NCBI GenBank assembly: GCA_965226555.1
Contig: CBDDDG010000014.1
Location: 96,001-160,000 of the forward strand
Length of the DNA stretch: 64,000 nucleotides
Direction: 5' to 3'
Source: Salinispira sp.
GTDB taxonomy: Bacteria > Spirochaetota > Spirochaetia > DSM-27196 > Salinispiraceae
Made by a program: the position numbers and the translations under genes
The notes under the pieces: model-generated
Told to the model about the DNA's origin: nothing
The model's input: the letters and a program-made list of their open reading frames with translations, nothing else
The model's database searches: none
In this document: one piece after another, positions 30,637-42,000 of the stretch
Layout of the letters: each line of letters starts with the position of its first letter
Numbering within the stretch: the stretch's first letter is position 1

Positions 30637-30690
30637 GAAACTTTTGCTACTGGAAATTGCGCTTGCGCAATTTTCCAATGCAAAACTTTT
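30637..30690 (+). repeat. Stand-alone long palindrome (half copy also at 30435-30452)
   Basis: GAAACTTTTGCTACTGGAAATTGCGC-TT-GCGCAATTTTCCAATGCAAAACTTT. Confidence 0.9.
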
Positions 30691-30724
30691 GTATCTTCCT
30701 GTTTTCAGGTTTGGATTGTCCGCT

Positions 30725-31315
30725 GTGAATATCTACAAATTATTTGAAATAGTCGGTTCTATTATCGATTTTTACCTGCTGCTCATTTCTCTGCGGATAC
30801 TTCTTTCTTGGTTTGCCGGTGGTATGAATAACGCCGGAATGAATATACTTTCGCGCGTAACCGAGCCCTATTTGAGTATTTTCCGCAGGGCACGTTTTTT
30901 TCATGTCGGCCTGCTGGATTTCAGCCCCCTCATTGGAATTTTCGTTCTGCTCTTTGCCTCCTCGCTTCTGAGGATTTTTTCCCTTGGGGACATTTCAGCG
31001 GCCGTTACGCTTGCGGTACTGGCGCAGACCCTATTCAATGCTGTGAGTTCCATAACCTCGGTTTTTTTCATCATTGTCCTCATCCGTCTGTTTGGCCTTG
31101 TCATCAATCTGAAAGCCTTTGAGGGCTTCTGGTACCGCATAGATTCCTTCATTCAGCCGCTTCTCCTTACCTTTATCCGCCGCATTCTTCCCCGACGCGA
31201 AGTTCCCTATGCGGTCGCTCTCACAATTTTCCTTGTTACCTGTTTTCTCTTCATTGTTCTCATCCGCCTGACTATTTCTCCAATCGTATCTCTCATACTT
31301 CTTATTCCCATATGA
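30725..31315 (+). CDS. yggT: YggT family membrane protein (two-repeat form)
   Basis: Y.LLI.LRILLSW, L.RVTEPYL..FRR, LDFSPLI; ORF-track N-terminus is palindrome read-through. Confidence 0.8.
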   Translation: MNIYKLFEIVGSIIDFYLLLISLRILLSWFAGGMNNAGMNILSRVTEPYLSIFRRARFFHVGLLDFSPLIGIFVLLFASSLLRIFSLGDISAAVTLAVLAQTLFNAVSSITSVFFIIVLIRLFGLVINLKAFEGFWYRIDSFIQPLLLTFIRRILPRREVPYAVALTIFLVTCFLFIVLIRLTISPIVSLILLIPI

Positions 31316-31361
31316 TGGTTCGGACATTGCGATTCTCAGGATGGGGACTGGCAGATAACAT

Positions 31362-33503
31362 GTGGATACGATAATGCTGCAGAAGCTTCAGTCCCTCGGC
31401 GGAACGGTTCTCCGTTCTCCGCCTGAGCTTATCAGCCTTACCGGGATGGGGCAGAAGCGGCTGGCCGCGCTGAAAAACGCGGGCATAATGAATCTTCCCG
31501 ATATTCTGCTCCGTATTCCCCGCCGATATGAAGACAGAAGGAAACCGCAGTGCCTCCACCCGCTTTCGGAAAACGGAAGAGTTTTTACCCGTATTCAGGT
31601 TCTGGCAATTGAGTATATCTACGCCCGCGGCCGAAGGACTCCGAAAATTCTTGTTGCCGATGAGGAAGGAAGCGGATACCTTGTCTGTTTCGGACGCCCC
31701 TTTATGGTGTCGCGTCTTGTTCCCGGCAGCCGTTGGCTCCTTGCCGCAAGCTTTGTTCAAAGACGCGGAGAATTACATGCGGGTTCATTTGAGTATTATC
31801 CTGAGAGAGAAAGCGAAAAGTTTTTCCGCATTCATGCCCTCTATTCGGCAGTGCCGGGCATATTCCCCACTGTACTGCATCAATTTTATACTGAGGCGCT
31901 GGCAAGAATGCTGCCCCTTATCCGCGAAGACCCGCATTTTGAGAGAGCATTGGGTCCGAACATATATAGGAATTTCCAGTCTCTCCGCTTACCGGAAATA
32001 AACAGGGCAATTTCCGACATACACCAACCGCAGACAATTGACGACATTGAACGTGCGCGCAGACGCCTCGCCTACGGTGAACTGAGCCGGCTCTATCTCA
32101 ACCAGCAACGCGCAATGCTCCGCCCGCCCCGGAACCCCGCCGACATACCCGCCGACATACCCGCCGCTGCTGGTCTGTCCCGTTTTCAGCAGGCCCTTGT
32201 TGCCTCCCTTCCATTTGAACTTACGGCAGATCAGAATGCCTGTGTTGGTGAAATTAACAGAGATCTGGAGCAGGACTCCGGTATGTATCGCCTCCTTCAG
32301 GGCGATGTTGGAAGTGGGAAGACCCTTGTTGCGCTTCTGGCTGCCCTGAAAGTTGTGGAGGCAGGCGCTCAGGTTGCCTTCATGGTTCCGACCGAACTCC
32401 TTGCTCATCAGCATGAAGCAAAAATTCGTTCACTCCTCAGTGCCCTCGCCGCCCCCGCTGATGTTCCGCCCGCCCAGTCCCCTTGTGCGGATCTTTCCAA
32501 CTCAGTCGGACTCTTCATTGCCGCCATGAAGAATAATGATCGTAAAAAGGAAGAGGAGCGTATGCGCAGCGGACAGGCGGGAATGTGGATTGGAACCCAT
32601 AGCCTTTTCGGAGAAAAAGTCGATTTTGCCAATCTCCGACTGGTAATAATTGATGAGCAGCATCGTTTCGGGGTCCGGCAGCGTGAACTGCTTCGCAATA
32701 AGGGACCTGTTTGCGATGTTCTTATGCTCAGCGCAACTCCTATACCTCGAACACTCATGCTCAGTTTCTTCGGCAATATGAGCGTTTCAACCATACGGAG
32801 CATGCCCGAGGGTCGGCTCCCCATAAAAACACACCTTGCGCTCATGGGCAGGGAAGAAAAGGTATATTCTGCGGTCGCCGGACAACTCGCCTGTGGAAGG
32901 CAGGCCTATTTTGTCTATCCGCGGATAGAGGATACGGCGGAATCCCCATCAGAGTCCCCATCAGAGTCCCCAACGCAGTCCCCATCAGAATCTCCAACAC
33001 ATACCCTCAAGAGCACTGAAAACATGTACCGCGAGCTACAACAGCGCTTCAGTGAATATACTATTGGGATGGTGCATGGAAAACAGAGTCTGGAAAAGCG
33101 GCGGGAGACAATGCGCTCCTTCGTTCGGGGCGACATTCATGTTCTGGTTGCCACCACCATTATTGAGGTGGGGGTAGATGTTCCGAATGTTTCTGTCATT
33201 GTTATAGAACATGCCGAACGTTTCGGTCTTGCCGCGCTCCATCAGCTGCGGGGACGGGTGGGGCGCGGAACATATCAAAGTTACTGCTATCTCATATACG
33301 ATACCGCTGTGAGCAACGAAGGAAAACAACGCCTACGGGTGATGAAGGAACATACTGACGGCTTTGAACTTGCCGAAGAAGACCTCAAAATACGCGGCCC
33401 CGGCAACATTGTTGGTTTGGAACAGTCCGGATATCTGAATCTTGAATTTGCTTCGCTCTATCGGGATATTGACCTCATGGAGAGCATTTTGGGCAGAAAT
33501 TAG
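31362..33503 (+). CDS. recG: ATP-dependent DNA helicase RecG
   Basis: PRRYED, RLLQGDVGSGKT, DEQHRFGV.QR, SATPIPRT, AERFGLA.LHQLRGRVGRG, DL.IRGPG. Confidence 0.95.
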   Translation: MDTIMLQKLQSLGGTVLRSPPELISLTGMGQKRLAALKNAGIMNLPDILLRIPRRYEDRRKPQCLHPLSENGRVFTRIQVLAIEYIYARGRRTPKILVADEEGSGYLVCFGRPFMVSRLVPGSRWLLAASFVQRRGELHAGSFEYYPERESEKFFRIHALYSAVPGIFPTVLHQFYTEALARMLPLIREDPHFERALGPNIYRNFQSLRLPEINRAISDIHQPQTIDDIERARRRLAYGELSRLYLNQQRAMLRPPRNPADIPADIPAAAGLSRFQQALVASLPFELTADQNACVGEINRDLEQDSGMYRLLQGDVGSGKTLVALLAALKVVEAGAQVAFMVPTELLAHQHEAKIRSLLSALAAPADVPPAQSPCADLSNSVGLFIAAMKNNDRKKEEERMRSGQAGMWIGTHSLFGEKVDFANLRLVIIDEQHRFGVRQRELLRNKGPVCDVLMLSATPIPRTLMLSFFGNMSVSTIRSMPEGRLPIKTHLALMGREEKVYSAVAGQLACGRQAYFVYPRIEDTAESPSESPSESPTQSPSESPTHTLKSTENMYRELQQRFSEYTIGMVHGKQSLEKRRETMRSFVRGDIHVLVATTIIEVGVDVPNVSVIVIEHAERFGLAALHQLRGRVGRGTYQSYCYLIYDTAVSNEGKQRLRVMKEHTDGFELAEEDLKIRGPGNIVGLEQSGYLNLEFASLYRDIDLMESILGRN

Positions 33504-33592
33504 TAACATACTTGCACAACAGCTCATGTACATTCTATTATGTGAAAAAGTTGTGCTGCTGAATATGTATGCGCGCGTTTCAGTGAGAGAGT

Positions 33593-34312
33593 ATGAATAA
33601 AACGGTTCACATATTTTTTCTTTCTACCTCCGAAGGAATTCCCATTCTCATTCACCCCTTCGACGAAAAGGCAAAAATTCGTTTTACGGAAAACATAGCG
33701 GGGCGTTACGGCAGCAATCCTGAAATTGAAGCCGTGACGCTAGTGCGCAACACTCTGTATACCTGTATTAATCGGGAAATTCAGGAATGGGCCTCCGAAA
33801 AACAGTTTTTCCCCCGCTTCATTGCCTCCCTGCTTGTATTTTTTGTGTTCTTCTTCTTTATGAGCTTTGTTATTCGGGATTTCATTCCGCTTATTGATGA
33901 GCTTCTCGGTTCCACCATTGCCGCGGTAACAACCTACCTTGTTATCGGACGCAGGGGACAGGTGAGCAAGCCGGCGCTTGAGCAGAAAATTATTCTGAAA
34001 AAACGGGTGGATGCCATCCAGTTCACCCAGAGCGGCTTTCTTGTCAATTTTGAGAAAACATTCAGATCAATGTACGATGCGCAGCCCAGCGCCGAACATT
34101 ACGGGGTTCTTCTGGAACACGTATCGGATGCCGCGTGCCGGCTGGAACTCGAACAGCTCGCCAATAGCTTCTCTCTTTCACCGAACAGAATGCAACGGAT
34201 AAAGAAAGCGATGATCAAAGGAACCCTGCCCAAGCTCAAAAAGCCGGAAGAGAAGGTATATATGCTTACTCAGGCTCTGTTACTGGGTCTGAATATTCCC
34301 GATTTGATCTGA
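33593..34312 (+). CDS. Hypothetical membrane protein (2 TM)
   Basis: 239-aa ORF with a hydrophobic hairpin. Confidence 0.65.
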   Translation: MNKTVHIFFLSTSEGIPILIHPFDEKAKIRFTENIAGRYGSNPEIEAVTLVRNTLYTCINREIQEWASEKQFFPRFIASLLVFFVFFFFMSFVIRDFIPLIDELLGSTIAAVTTYLVIGRRGQVSKPALEQKIILKKRVDAIQFTQSGFLVNFEKTFRSMYDAQPSAEHYGVLLEHVSDAACRLELEQLANSFSLSPNRMQRIKKAMIKGTLPKLKKPEEKVYMLTQALLLGLNIPDLI

Positions 34313-35549
34313 AGTTTCTGAAGAACTCTTCCTGCTCAAAAGAGGCAAGCGCTGTCTGCAGCATTTCCTGCGCGGGAGTGAAGGCAGGATCAAGCCCTGT
34401 CTGCGGATCAACAATGCGCCGACAAAGCGCAATGGCCTTCTGATAATTTCTTTCGGAGAAGGCAAGAAGGGCATCAATATACAGCCGGTCGACCTCTTCC
34501 GTAATGAGGGAGCGTCCCTCATCGCCAAAATTGAGAGCTGCCCCCACCGAAAAATTGTCGAAGGAAGAAAATGAGGTGCCGAGGTCTAAAATATAGGTTA
34601 TGAAAAAATTCACCGGTTCAAGATCGATGTTTGCTCCAATGCTGATCCGAGGATTTCCTCCCCGCAGCTCAAACCCGCTCCGAATGGCGAAAAAATCAAC
34701 AAAATTCAGATGCAGGCCCGATGAAAATCCGAACCCCTCGCTTTGTTCAACATCCACAAGATTTATAAGAACATTAATGTCGCTGGAAATAGTCATAAAA
34801 GCCAGAGGCTTCCATGAAAAACCAAGGCGCAGATCGGTGGGAGGAGAAGTGTTCTTTACTGCAGGGCCAACATTCAGCGCGCTGAGTCCGAGAGAAAAAT
34901 TCTTTTCGCGGGACGGGTATGGTTTGAGAAAATTGAAACGGGATAAAAGCCCAATGTCTCCCATGATGCCGGAAATACTCTGATTGGAAACCTCGGGGCT
35001 GAGAACATGGCTGTACAACTCGGGAGGAACGCTCCGGTGTACAAATTTTACATGTATTCCAAGGGAGATTCCCGCGAAATTATAGTTTCTGAAAAAATTA
35101 TACGAGGCATTCGCAATGAATAAAACTTCGGCAGGTGTTGCCGATGCGATCTGCCCTCCAAGGTTATCGAGGGCGGTAAATTCAAAATGGAGAAACTTTG
35201 CCCCAAAACCGTAGCCGAACTGTCCAAGACGCTGGGTGAAGAATAGTGAGTCCAAATTAACATCGCTTATTAAATTTCTATGAAAAAATGCGATCTCGGT
35301 CTTATTGAGGAGGGCGCTTGCGGCAGGGTTCGATTCGAAAAACAGTATATCGTCTGTGTTGGCCATGCTGCTCCGCTGTCCGCCCGAGCTCAGCTCAAGA
35401 ATGGGAAAGATCGTGAGCCCGGTATTGTTCGGGTCTTCGAGGTCCGAAAAGGTTGCGAGCCAGCCATCAATAAAACTCCGATTTTCCTGTGCGGGGAGGC
35501 AGGAAAGAGAGATTATAAGCAGTATAATTATAATGTTTGAGAATCTCAC
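34266..35549 (-). CDS. UPF0164-like exported protein (probable beta-barrel + TPR tail)
   Basis: DPNNTGLT.FP.L....GG, F.ESNPAASA.L, YNFFRNY.F.G.SLG, alternating beta-strand pattern, C-terminal TPR-like helix pair. Confidence 0.7.
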   Translation of the reverse strand: MRFSNIIIILLIISLSCLPAQENRSFIDGWLATFSDLEDPNNTGLTIFPILELSSGGQRSSMANTDDILFFESNPAASALLNKTEIAFFHRNLISDVNLDSLFFTQRLGQFGYGFGAKFLHFEFTALDNLGGQIASATPAEVLFIANASYNFFRNYNFAGISLGIHVKFVHRSVPPELYSHVLSPEVSNQSISGIMGDIGLLSRFNFLKPYPSREKNFSLGLSALNVGPAVKNTSPPTDLRLGFSWKPLAFMTISSDINVLINLVDVEQSEGFGFSSGLHLNFVDFFAIRSGFELRGGNPRISIGANIDLEPVNFFITYILDLGTSFSSFDNFSVGAALNFGDEGRSLITEEVDRLYIDALLAFSERNYQKAIALCRRIVDPQTGLDPAFTPAQEMLQTALASFEQEEFFRNFRSNREYSDPVTEPE

Positions 35550-35565
35550 TACGTATCATTATAAC

Positions 35566-35703
35566 AAAGTTTTGCAAAATGCAAAACTTTCTATAAAATA
35601 GAAGAATGCTCAGCACAAAGAAAGCATTCCAGACGGACGCATGGGCGAGCAGGAGGCGCAGCCTCCGACCAGCCCTCGGAAACTTTTGCAATGCAAAAAT
35701 TTC
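35566..35703 (+). repeat. Type A element carrying the 42-bp type C unit (35634-35675) and a shortened second hairpin
   Basis: Aligns with 3962-4086 except for a 42-bp insert between CCAGA and TCGG and loss of the inner stem. Confidence 0.9.
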
Positions 35704-38700
35704 TCTGATACTTTTATTCTTCTGCATATGCGGAGTTCTCTACGCGGGCGGTCAGTCTGAGGCATTCCGTGAAGCCTCCATGCTCATAAACCTTCCGGCC
35801 GATACCGAGGAAGAGCGCAGGGAGAACAATAGGAAAGCTGCCGATATTATTGAGCGGAATATAGCCGACATTCGTGCGGATCAGACGGACCCTGCCGTCG
35901 GGAATTCCGAGCGCCAGCTTGTCGATCTCAAATTTCTCCTCATTGATGCATACTTTAATTTCAGGTACTATGGTGATGCCATACGGGTTATCGCCGATAT
36001 TCTGGAGAATCATAGTGAACATTATGATGAGGCTTATGGCAAATTTCAGTTGATTCGCAATGAACGCGACCGCTTTAGCGAATTTCTCGCCTTTTTCATA
36101 GAGGAAATTCAAAAAGACCCCAACGATCCGGTGGACCCTCTGGACGAAGAAAAGGCACTGGAATATCTGCTGGAAGCAGAACGAAGCAACTCCGCAAACG
36201 ATGCGGATATGGCGAACCTGCTCAGGGAAAACAAACAGCTCATAAAATTGGCGATTGACCGCGGCTACCGCGATCTCATTCTTCAGACTGCTCATAGGCG
36301 TATACTTGAGGGCAATTTTATCGCAGCAATGAATCAGTATGTGGATATTAGTAATATTGAAACACGGGGTCGTTACCAAAGGAGTTTTGACCTTCGGTGG
36401 GATGAGTTTCTCGAATTGGAATTACCGGATAGCTTTATAAATGATATTGAATCTCTGCATGAACAGGTGGAGATATTCATTGGCGATTTTGCCGATGTGG
36501 CTGCGCGTATTGCAGGGGAGGTTCCTGCGGCCATTGCTGCTGTTGACAATGCCGTTGTTGCCAATGCTGTTGTTGCCAATTTCCAGACCCTTCGTGAAGA
36601 AAACCCGGAACTGGGTCTGTTTTTTACGAGCATGGGAGATTTTTTCACCGTGAGATCGCTCATTGAAGCCAGTGCAGTCCGCATTCGGAATTTGCGAGAT
36701 CAATTTACCGCATCTTTCCTCGACGAAGAGGGCAATGTGAATTCGGAATATCTTTTTTATCTTGAGCAATTCATTGCAGGTCCCGCGCAGTTTGAAAATG
36801 AGGGTATTGTTGGGGCGGCTCTTCGTGAAAGCAGTCGGATTATTGATCCATTCAAGGAGTTTCTGATCGCAGGGGTGGAGAATTACTGGAACGGCAGTAC
36901 CACTGCCCTTCGGAATAAATCGATCGATGAGCTCGTGGAATTTCAGGAACTTCTGCAGAACAGTTCCGAACTGGCGCTCATTTTTTTCTCATATAATGGT
37001 CAGGGAACCCGTATAAGCAGGGAGTCTCCGCCGGAGTTTATTGCCTCCCTCCGCCTTGAGGACCAGCAGGATGCCGTAGATATGTTCTTTAAAGGTCTGC
37101 TTATTGATGCGCGGATAGGATTACTGCAACTTTTCAATACCCGCAGCGCTGAATCTCAAACAAATGAATTAGATGAAGAAATTCAGATCGCATTGAATAC
37201 CGAAATCAATTTTCTTGCCGATATTGAAGAATACAGCATTGGCATACAGGAAGGTATGAGAGCATTTGCCGACAGTTTACCGCTCTCGGTTTCGCCGGTA
37301 GAGGACTATATCAATCAGTATATTGCAGACAGGAATGCATTGAGTTGGAAAATATTTAGCCGGGCAACCGCGTATTTTTATCGGTATCTGGAAGATGATC
37401 AGGAGCTCATGCGGGAACTGGATATTCTGGTTGAAAATGCGGTGAATGCGGGGAGAAGGAATCTTGCCGGAATAGAAGCCATACTCACGGTGGGCGATAG
37501 CATTGAGGAATCTATCCGCTACTATCCCGAAGTTGCGCGCGATCATTTTGCCGACGCCCTCAACGGCATACGCGAAATTATCAGCCTGTCAGAAAACATC
37601 ATAAACATCATAAACGTCATAGATCAAAATTCTACCTTCTTAAATGAGGCGCCGATACGCGCCGTATACGATGAACGTAAAATGATCATTACCGAGAAGC
37701 AGCAGTTTCTTGAAGAGATACAGTCCGATTTTGACACCGCATCGGAACAAATAGAAATAGCGGATGCCTTTCTGGCCGATGCCCGTTCATACCGTCTTGA
37801 TTTCACTGCGGCAATTGATCAGCAAAATTACACCGCCGCAAACGCGGCCTTTACCGCCTTAGATAATGCCTATTCTCAATCTCTCAATGTCAACTATCGT
37901 GAAGATGTTCGTAGCGAAAGGGATGATGTTCTGAATGTATTATCTCAGTCGATCGTGAACAGCCTCATTGACACTGCGAACAGAAACAAGACCATTGCTC
38001 TTGAGCAGGTCATTATCGGAATAAACAACCAGGAATACTTTGCTGCCCGTGATGCTCTGACCGATGCCAAATACTGGGACGATCAGCTTCCCACCCCGCG
38101 CGATCCAACGATTATTGCATTTGAAAGCGAAATTGAACGGGCTATTTTGCTTTCCGGCCAGCGGGACATTCCGCCAATTTTCGATTCCCGATATTCCCGA
38201 ATCACCAATGATCTGAATGAGGCAAGCAAGGCCCTTGCCCGAGCGCAATCTGCCTCCGAGAATGGCGACACTTTGGTTCTCCGGCAGGAAATTGAGAAAA
38301 GCAGAAGTTTTATCAGTTCCGTGAGAGATGAAATTCCGGCAAATTTTGAGGTTTCCTTTGTTGAACTTCAGCTTATCCAACTTGAGAGCCCGAGCGGGTT
38401 TGATGATTTTTTTCAGGAGCAGATTGACAATGTTGAGACGCTTGTGTTCGGAGCGAATCAGGAGGGCTTTGGAAGTGGGGAGTATTCCGAATATACCCCT
38501 TTTGAGAAAGATCAGCTCCTTTCCCGTATTGCCGCGCTCAATGAACTCCGCCGGAACAGTCGGCTTGAAGAAATAATTATTGATATTGAGGTTGATCTCG
38601 GGCGGAGGGAGTCTCCTGAAATTGTTGAAGCATTCAGAAGGGCAAATGTTCTTCTGAACAGGGGGGAGACACTTCTTGCGAGCGCGCGGCGGGAATCGAA

Positions 38701-39025
38701 TCCTGTGCGGTATGAGAATCTGGTTAAGCAGTCTCTGGATAATCTCCGCCAGGCGCAGGTTGTTTTTCCGAGGATATCGAGATTACCAGCGCTCATAAGT
38801 GAGGCAGAGTCATTGCTCGGACTCGAAATAACGGTGAGCCTCCCCTTCGATGCGAATCAACTTTTTGAACAGGCTGCAACGCTTTTTGCAAATCAGAACT
38901 TAGTTGAGGCAAAGCGCCTGCTCGATATACTCTGGGCCAATGAGACCTATCGTTCTTATTTCCCGCTCAGGCAACTCATTTCCGAACTATACGATCTTCT
39001 CGGCCAGTCGCTTTCGGGGGTATAG
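35606..39025 (+). CDS. Large exported helical (TPR-like) hypothetical protein; N-terminus encoded by repeat DNA
   Basis: 1139-aa ORF with signal-like ISLILLFFCICGVLYAGG; the in-frame ATG lies within the repeat. Confidence 0.75.
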   Translation: MLSTKKAFQTDAWASRRRSLRPALGNFCNAKISLILLFFCICGVLYAGGQSEAFREASMLINLPADTEEERRENNRKAADIIERNIADIRADQTDPAVGNSERQLVDLKFLLIDAYFNFRYYGDAIRVIADILENHSEHYDEAYGKFQLIRNERDRFSEFLAFFIEEIQKDPNDPVDPLDEEKALEYLLEAERSNSANDADMANLLRENKQLIKLAIDRGYRDLILQTAHRRILEGNFIAAMNQYVDISNIETRGRYQRSFDLRWDEFLELELPDSFINDIESLHEQVEIFIGDFADVAARIAGEVPAAIAAVDNAVVANAVVANFQTLREENPELGLFFTSMGDFFTVRSLIEASAVRIRNLRDQFTASFLDEEGNVNSEYLFYLEQFIAGPAQFENEGIVGAALRESSRIIDPFKEFLIAGVENYWNGSTTALRNKSIDELVEFQELLQNSSELALIFFSYNGQGTRISRESPPEFIASLRLEDQQDAVDMFFKGLLIDARIGLLQLFNTRSAESQTNELDEEIQIALNTEINFLADIEEYSIGIQEGMRAFADSLPLSVSPVEDYINQYIADRNALSWKIFSRATAYFYRYLEDDQELMRELDILVENAVNAGRRNLAGIEAILTVGDSIEESIRYYPEVARDHFADALNGIREIISLSENIINIINVIDQNSTFLNEAPIRAVYDERKMIITEKQQFLEEIQSDFDTASEQIEIADAFLADARSYRLDFTAAIDQQNYTAANAAFTALDNAYSQSLNVNYREDVRSERDDVLNVLSQSIVNSLIDTANRNKTIALEQVIIGINNQEYFAARDALTDAKYWDDQLPTPRDPTIIAFESEIERAILLSGQRDIPPIFDSRYSRITNDLNEASKALARAQSASENGDTLVLRQEIEKSRSFISSVRDEIPANFEVSFVELQLIQLESPSGFDDFFQEQIDNVETLVFGANQEGFGSGEYSEYTPFEKDQLLSRIAALNELRRNSRLEEIIIDIEVDLGRRESPEIVEAFRRANVLLNRGETLLASARRESNPVRYENLVKQSLDNLRQAQVVFPRISRLPALISEAESLLGLEITVSLPFDANQLFEQAATLFANQNLVEAKRLLDILWANETYRSYFPLRQLISELYDLLGQSLSGV

Positions 39026-42000
39026 GTGAGAGCGCTATTCAAAATAATTCCGATCAAAACAATTCCGGTTATACTGTGTTCATTATTCGTGTTTCCCCTA
39101 TTTGCCCAGCAGATCGGCAGCAATTCTATTTTTCTGGAGCCGCCCCGAAACCTTGTGAGCAGCGATGTCCGCTTCCCTGAGGTCATCAGCTTCGATAATG
39201 AAATATATATATTTTATCAGCGGGTTGTGTCAGCACATGGCGCTCAGGAACAGTCGGTACTATACAGAACGAGTAGCGATGGCGATGAATGGTCAGATGA
39301 ACAGGCGATTATTGAGAACATTCCGCTTGCATCTGAGATAGTACCGCCGATTTTTTCAGTTGCCCATAATGCCCAGGAATTGAGTGTTGCTGTTTCTGTC
39401 AGCGATGAATTCAGTGAGATATTTACCTATGCCCGGGGAAGTGAACGATGGTTCCGCGATATCATTGACAGCAACGGAGCCGAATTAATTAGTCCGCAGA
39501 TATTTGCCGCAAGCGGGGGGATAATGTTCTTTGCCTCGCAGAGAACGATCGGCGCAGGCGGCGGTAGCGGTGCAGGCGGCGCAGAGTATAAGAGCATTAT
39601 ATACGCTTTTCGGCCGACTGCAGGATCATTTTCCGCGCCGCGAATTCTGCCGGTTCCCGATGATCAGGAACTTGTGTCGAATCCCTATCTTTTCGAGTAT
39701 CGGAACAGAATGTATTTGGCATATGAGAACCGGATTTTCGATCCGGGCTTCGGTATATCGAATCAGATATATATGACAACAAGTGCCGATATGGGAAACA
39801 ATTGGTCAGCGCCGGTACTGGCAACGGATTTTATCGATGTCAGTGATCGCAGTGATGAAAATATCTCGCAGGTAAGTTATATCAACCAGAACCCGCGTCT
39901 GTATGAAGATAGTGATGGAACCCTTCTCCTGCTCATCGACCGCAACAGGCAGGGGCAGAATACGCGGGTTTCGCTCTCCCGCCTCGATGATTCGGGAAGG
40001 GTCAGAAGGTATCAGAACCGGGAGAATCAGTACATAAGCGATAATACCCGTTCTTCCAGCGCAGGCGGATTTTTCATCTACGGCGGGAGAAAATACATTC
40101 TGTACTATTTCGATACCATCGGCGCAAGTACCATACGTATTGCCAGCGAAGAAAATGGGAATTGGGTTCCCGCGCAAATAAGTTCGGGTTCCGGCATTCA
40201 GTTTCTGCCGCGGGTCGTAAACCACCGTGGACAACTCCACTTTTTCTGGCTCAGAAGGCCGGGTTTCACAGGTCAGACGAGCTCATTGATCTACCGGCAG
40301 CCGGATCAGGTTGTTGCTGTTCCCCGCGTCATTCCCCTGAATTATACTTCGGGAGAAATTACAAACAATCGTGAAGTAGTATATTCCCTGCAATTGCCTT
40401 CCGATCCTTCAGGGCTGGAATCCCTGCATTATAGCTGGACACAGAACGAGAGCCCCCCCGGCAGCGACTTTGTGAATGTCGGGCTGGTAAACCGGCTGAG
40501 TCTTCTTGCGGATCGGGATGGGGCATGGAACCTTTTTCTCTATGTTAAGGATAAGGCGGGAAACCGCTCTCAGAATGTACACAGTATTTACGATATTGAC
40601 ATTACTCCGCCGGCGCCGGTGAGCTTTGAACCAATTCTCACCGATAATGAAGGCTATGTTCCCTCAAACACGGTGAGCCTTAAATGGTTTCAGAATACGG
40701 AAGATAGTATTTCCGGCTACCGTGTTGCTCTTGAGTATCTTGGCCCTGCTGAAGGAATTGCTGCCGAAGGGTCTGTTGCCGAAGAATCTGCTGATGGAGA
40801 GGAGCAGACGGAGCTATACCGGCAAGGCATTTCCGAGGGTATTTTTCCGAACAGTTCTTCGGTGCAGACAGCGAATGTTTTCAGCTTGAAAAATGCCGAT
40901 AACGGCTTGTGGGCTCTTGTTGTGCGCGCTATCGATGAGGCGGGCAATGTTGGTGCGGGCAGCGTTGAATTTCTCCGCCTGAATAAATACATTCCCGTAA
41001 CCCGGCTTGATATTGTAAACATTCGGGAAAATCTTCTGGGAAACTATGAACTGAGTTTCATCGGACGCGGATATACAACAGACGGCATTGTCAGCAGCAT
41101 TGTATTTGACCGCGATGCTCTGGCTCCCTGGGATTATGAGTTTTTTATAACAAACGACGATTATACTATTAATTCCGATCGTCTTATTTCAAACATTGTT
41201 CTTTCCGAAGTTCCGACAGGGGAGTACATTGTGGGGCTTAATCATAGCGATAGGGGAACCTATTTCTATCCTGAACCCCTCTCGTTTGAGACCAACGGGG
41301 CAGTTAAGTTGGGAGCCTATGATCTGTATCTGCCGGAATCTTCCTTCAGCCTCATTGAGAGCATCCGCATGATACCGGTGCGTAATGTTATAGTATTCAT
41401 TGTTGTATTTCTCTTAATATTAATTATCCTTGTAAGCATGTTCAGGATATGGTCGATATTAAAAGATAGCAGGGAACTCGGGGCTGAAATTGAAGCCCTG
41501 ACGGAGGGGCAGGTAAGTCCTGCTGCTAGGCACATGCAAGAAAGGATTACTGCCATGCAGAAACGCGGCCTCGGCCTACGGATAAAGTTTATCATTTTCA
41601 TTCTCATTCTGGTTACAGCGGTGGTTGCGGTTGTTTCCATCCCCCTGAGTAATTTTATTCTTTCCAATCAGCGGCAGACCCTCGTGCAGGGCTTAGAAGA
41701 CCGTATTCAGATTATGCTTGAGAGCCTTGCGACAGGCGCTGCCGGTGAACTTAACAGTAACAATGTTATTAATATCATCCGCGGACTTGCCCAGCTCAAT
41801 AATCAGGTATCGGCCATGGAGGAAATTGAGTTTATTACCGTAAGTTCCAGACCGAATCCGAACATTCCGGGGCTTGATCAGGAGTCAAGGGAGTATATCT
41901 GGTCAACGAACGATCCCCTTCTCCTTGCCGATGAGCAGGAGCGGGAAGTATATCTGGCAGCGATTAATGAAGCAGACAGAGAGCTTGAGTATTTTCAGCG

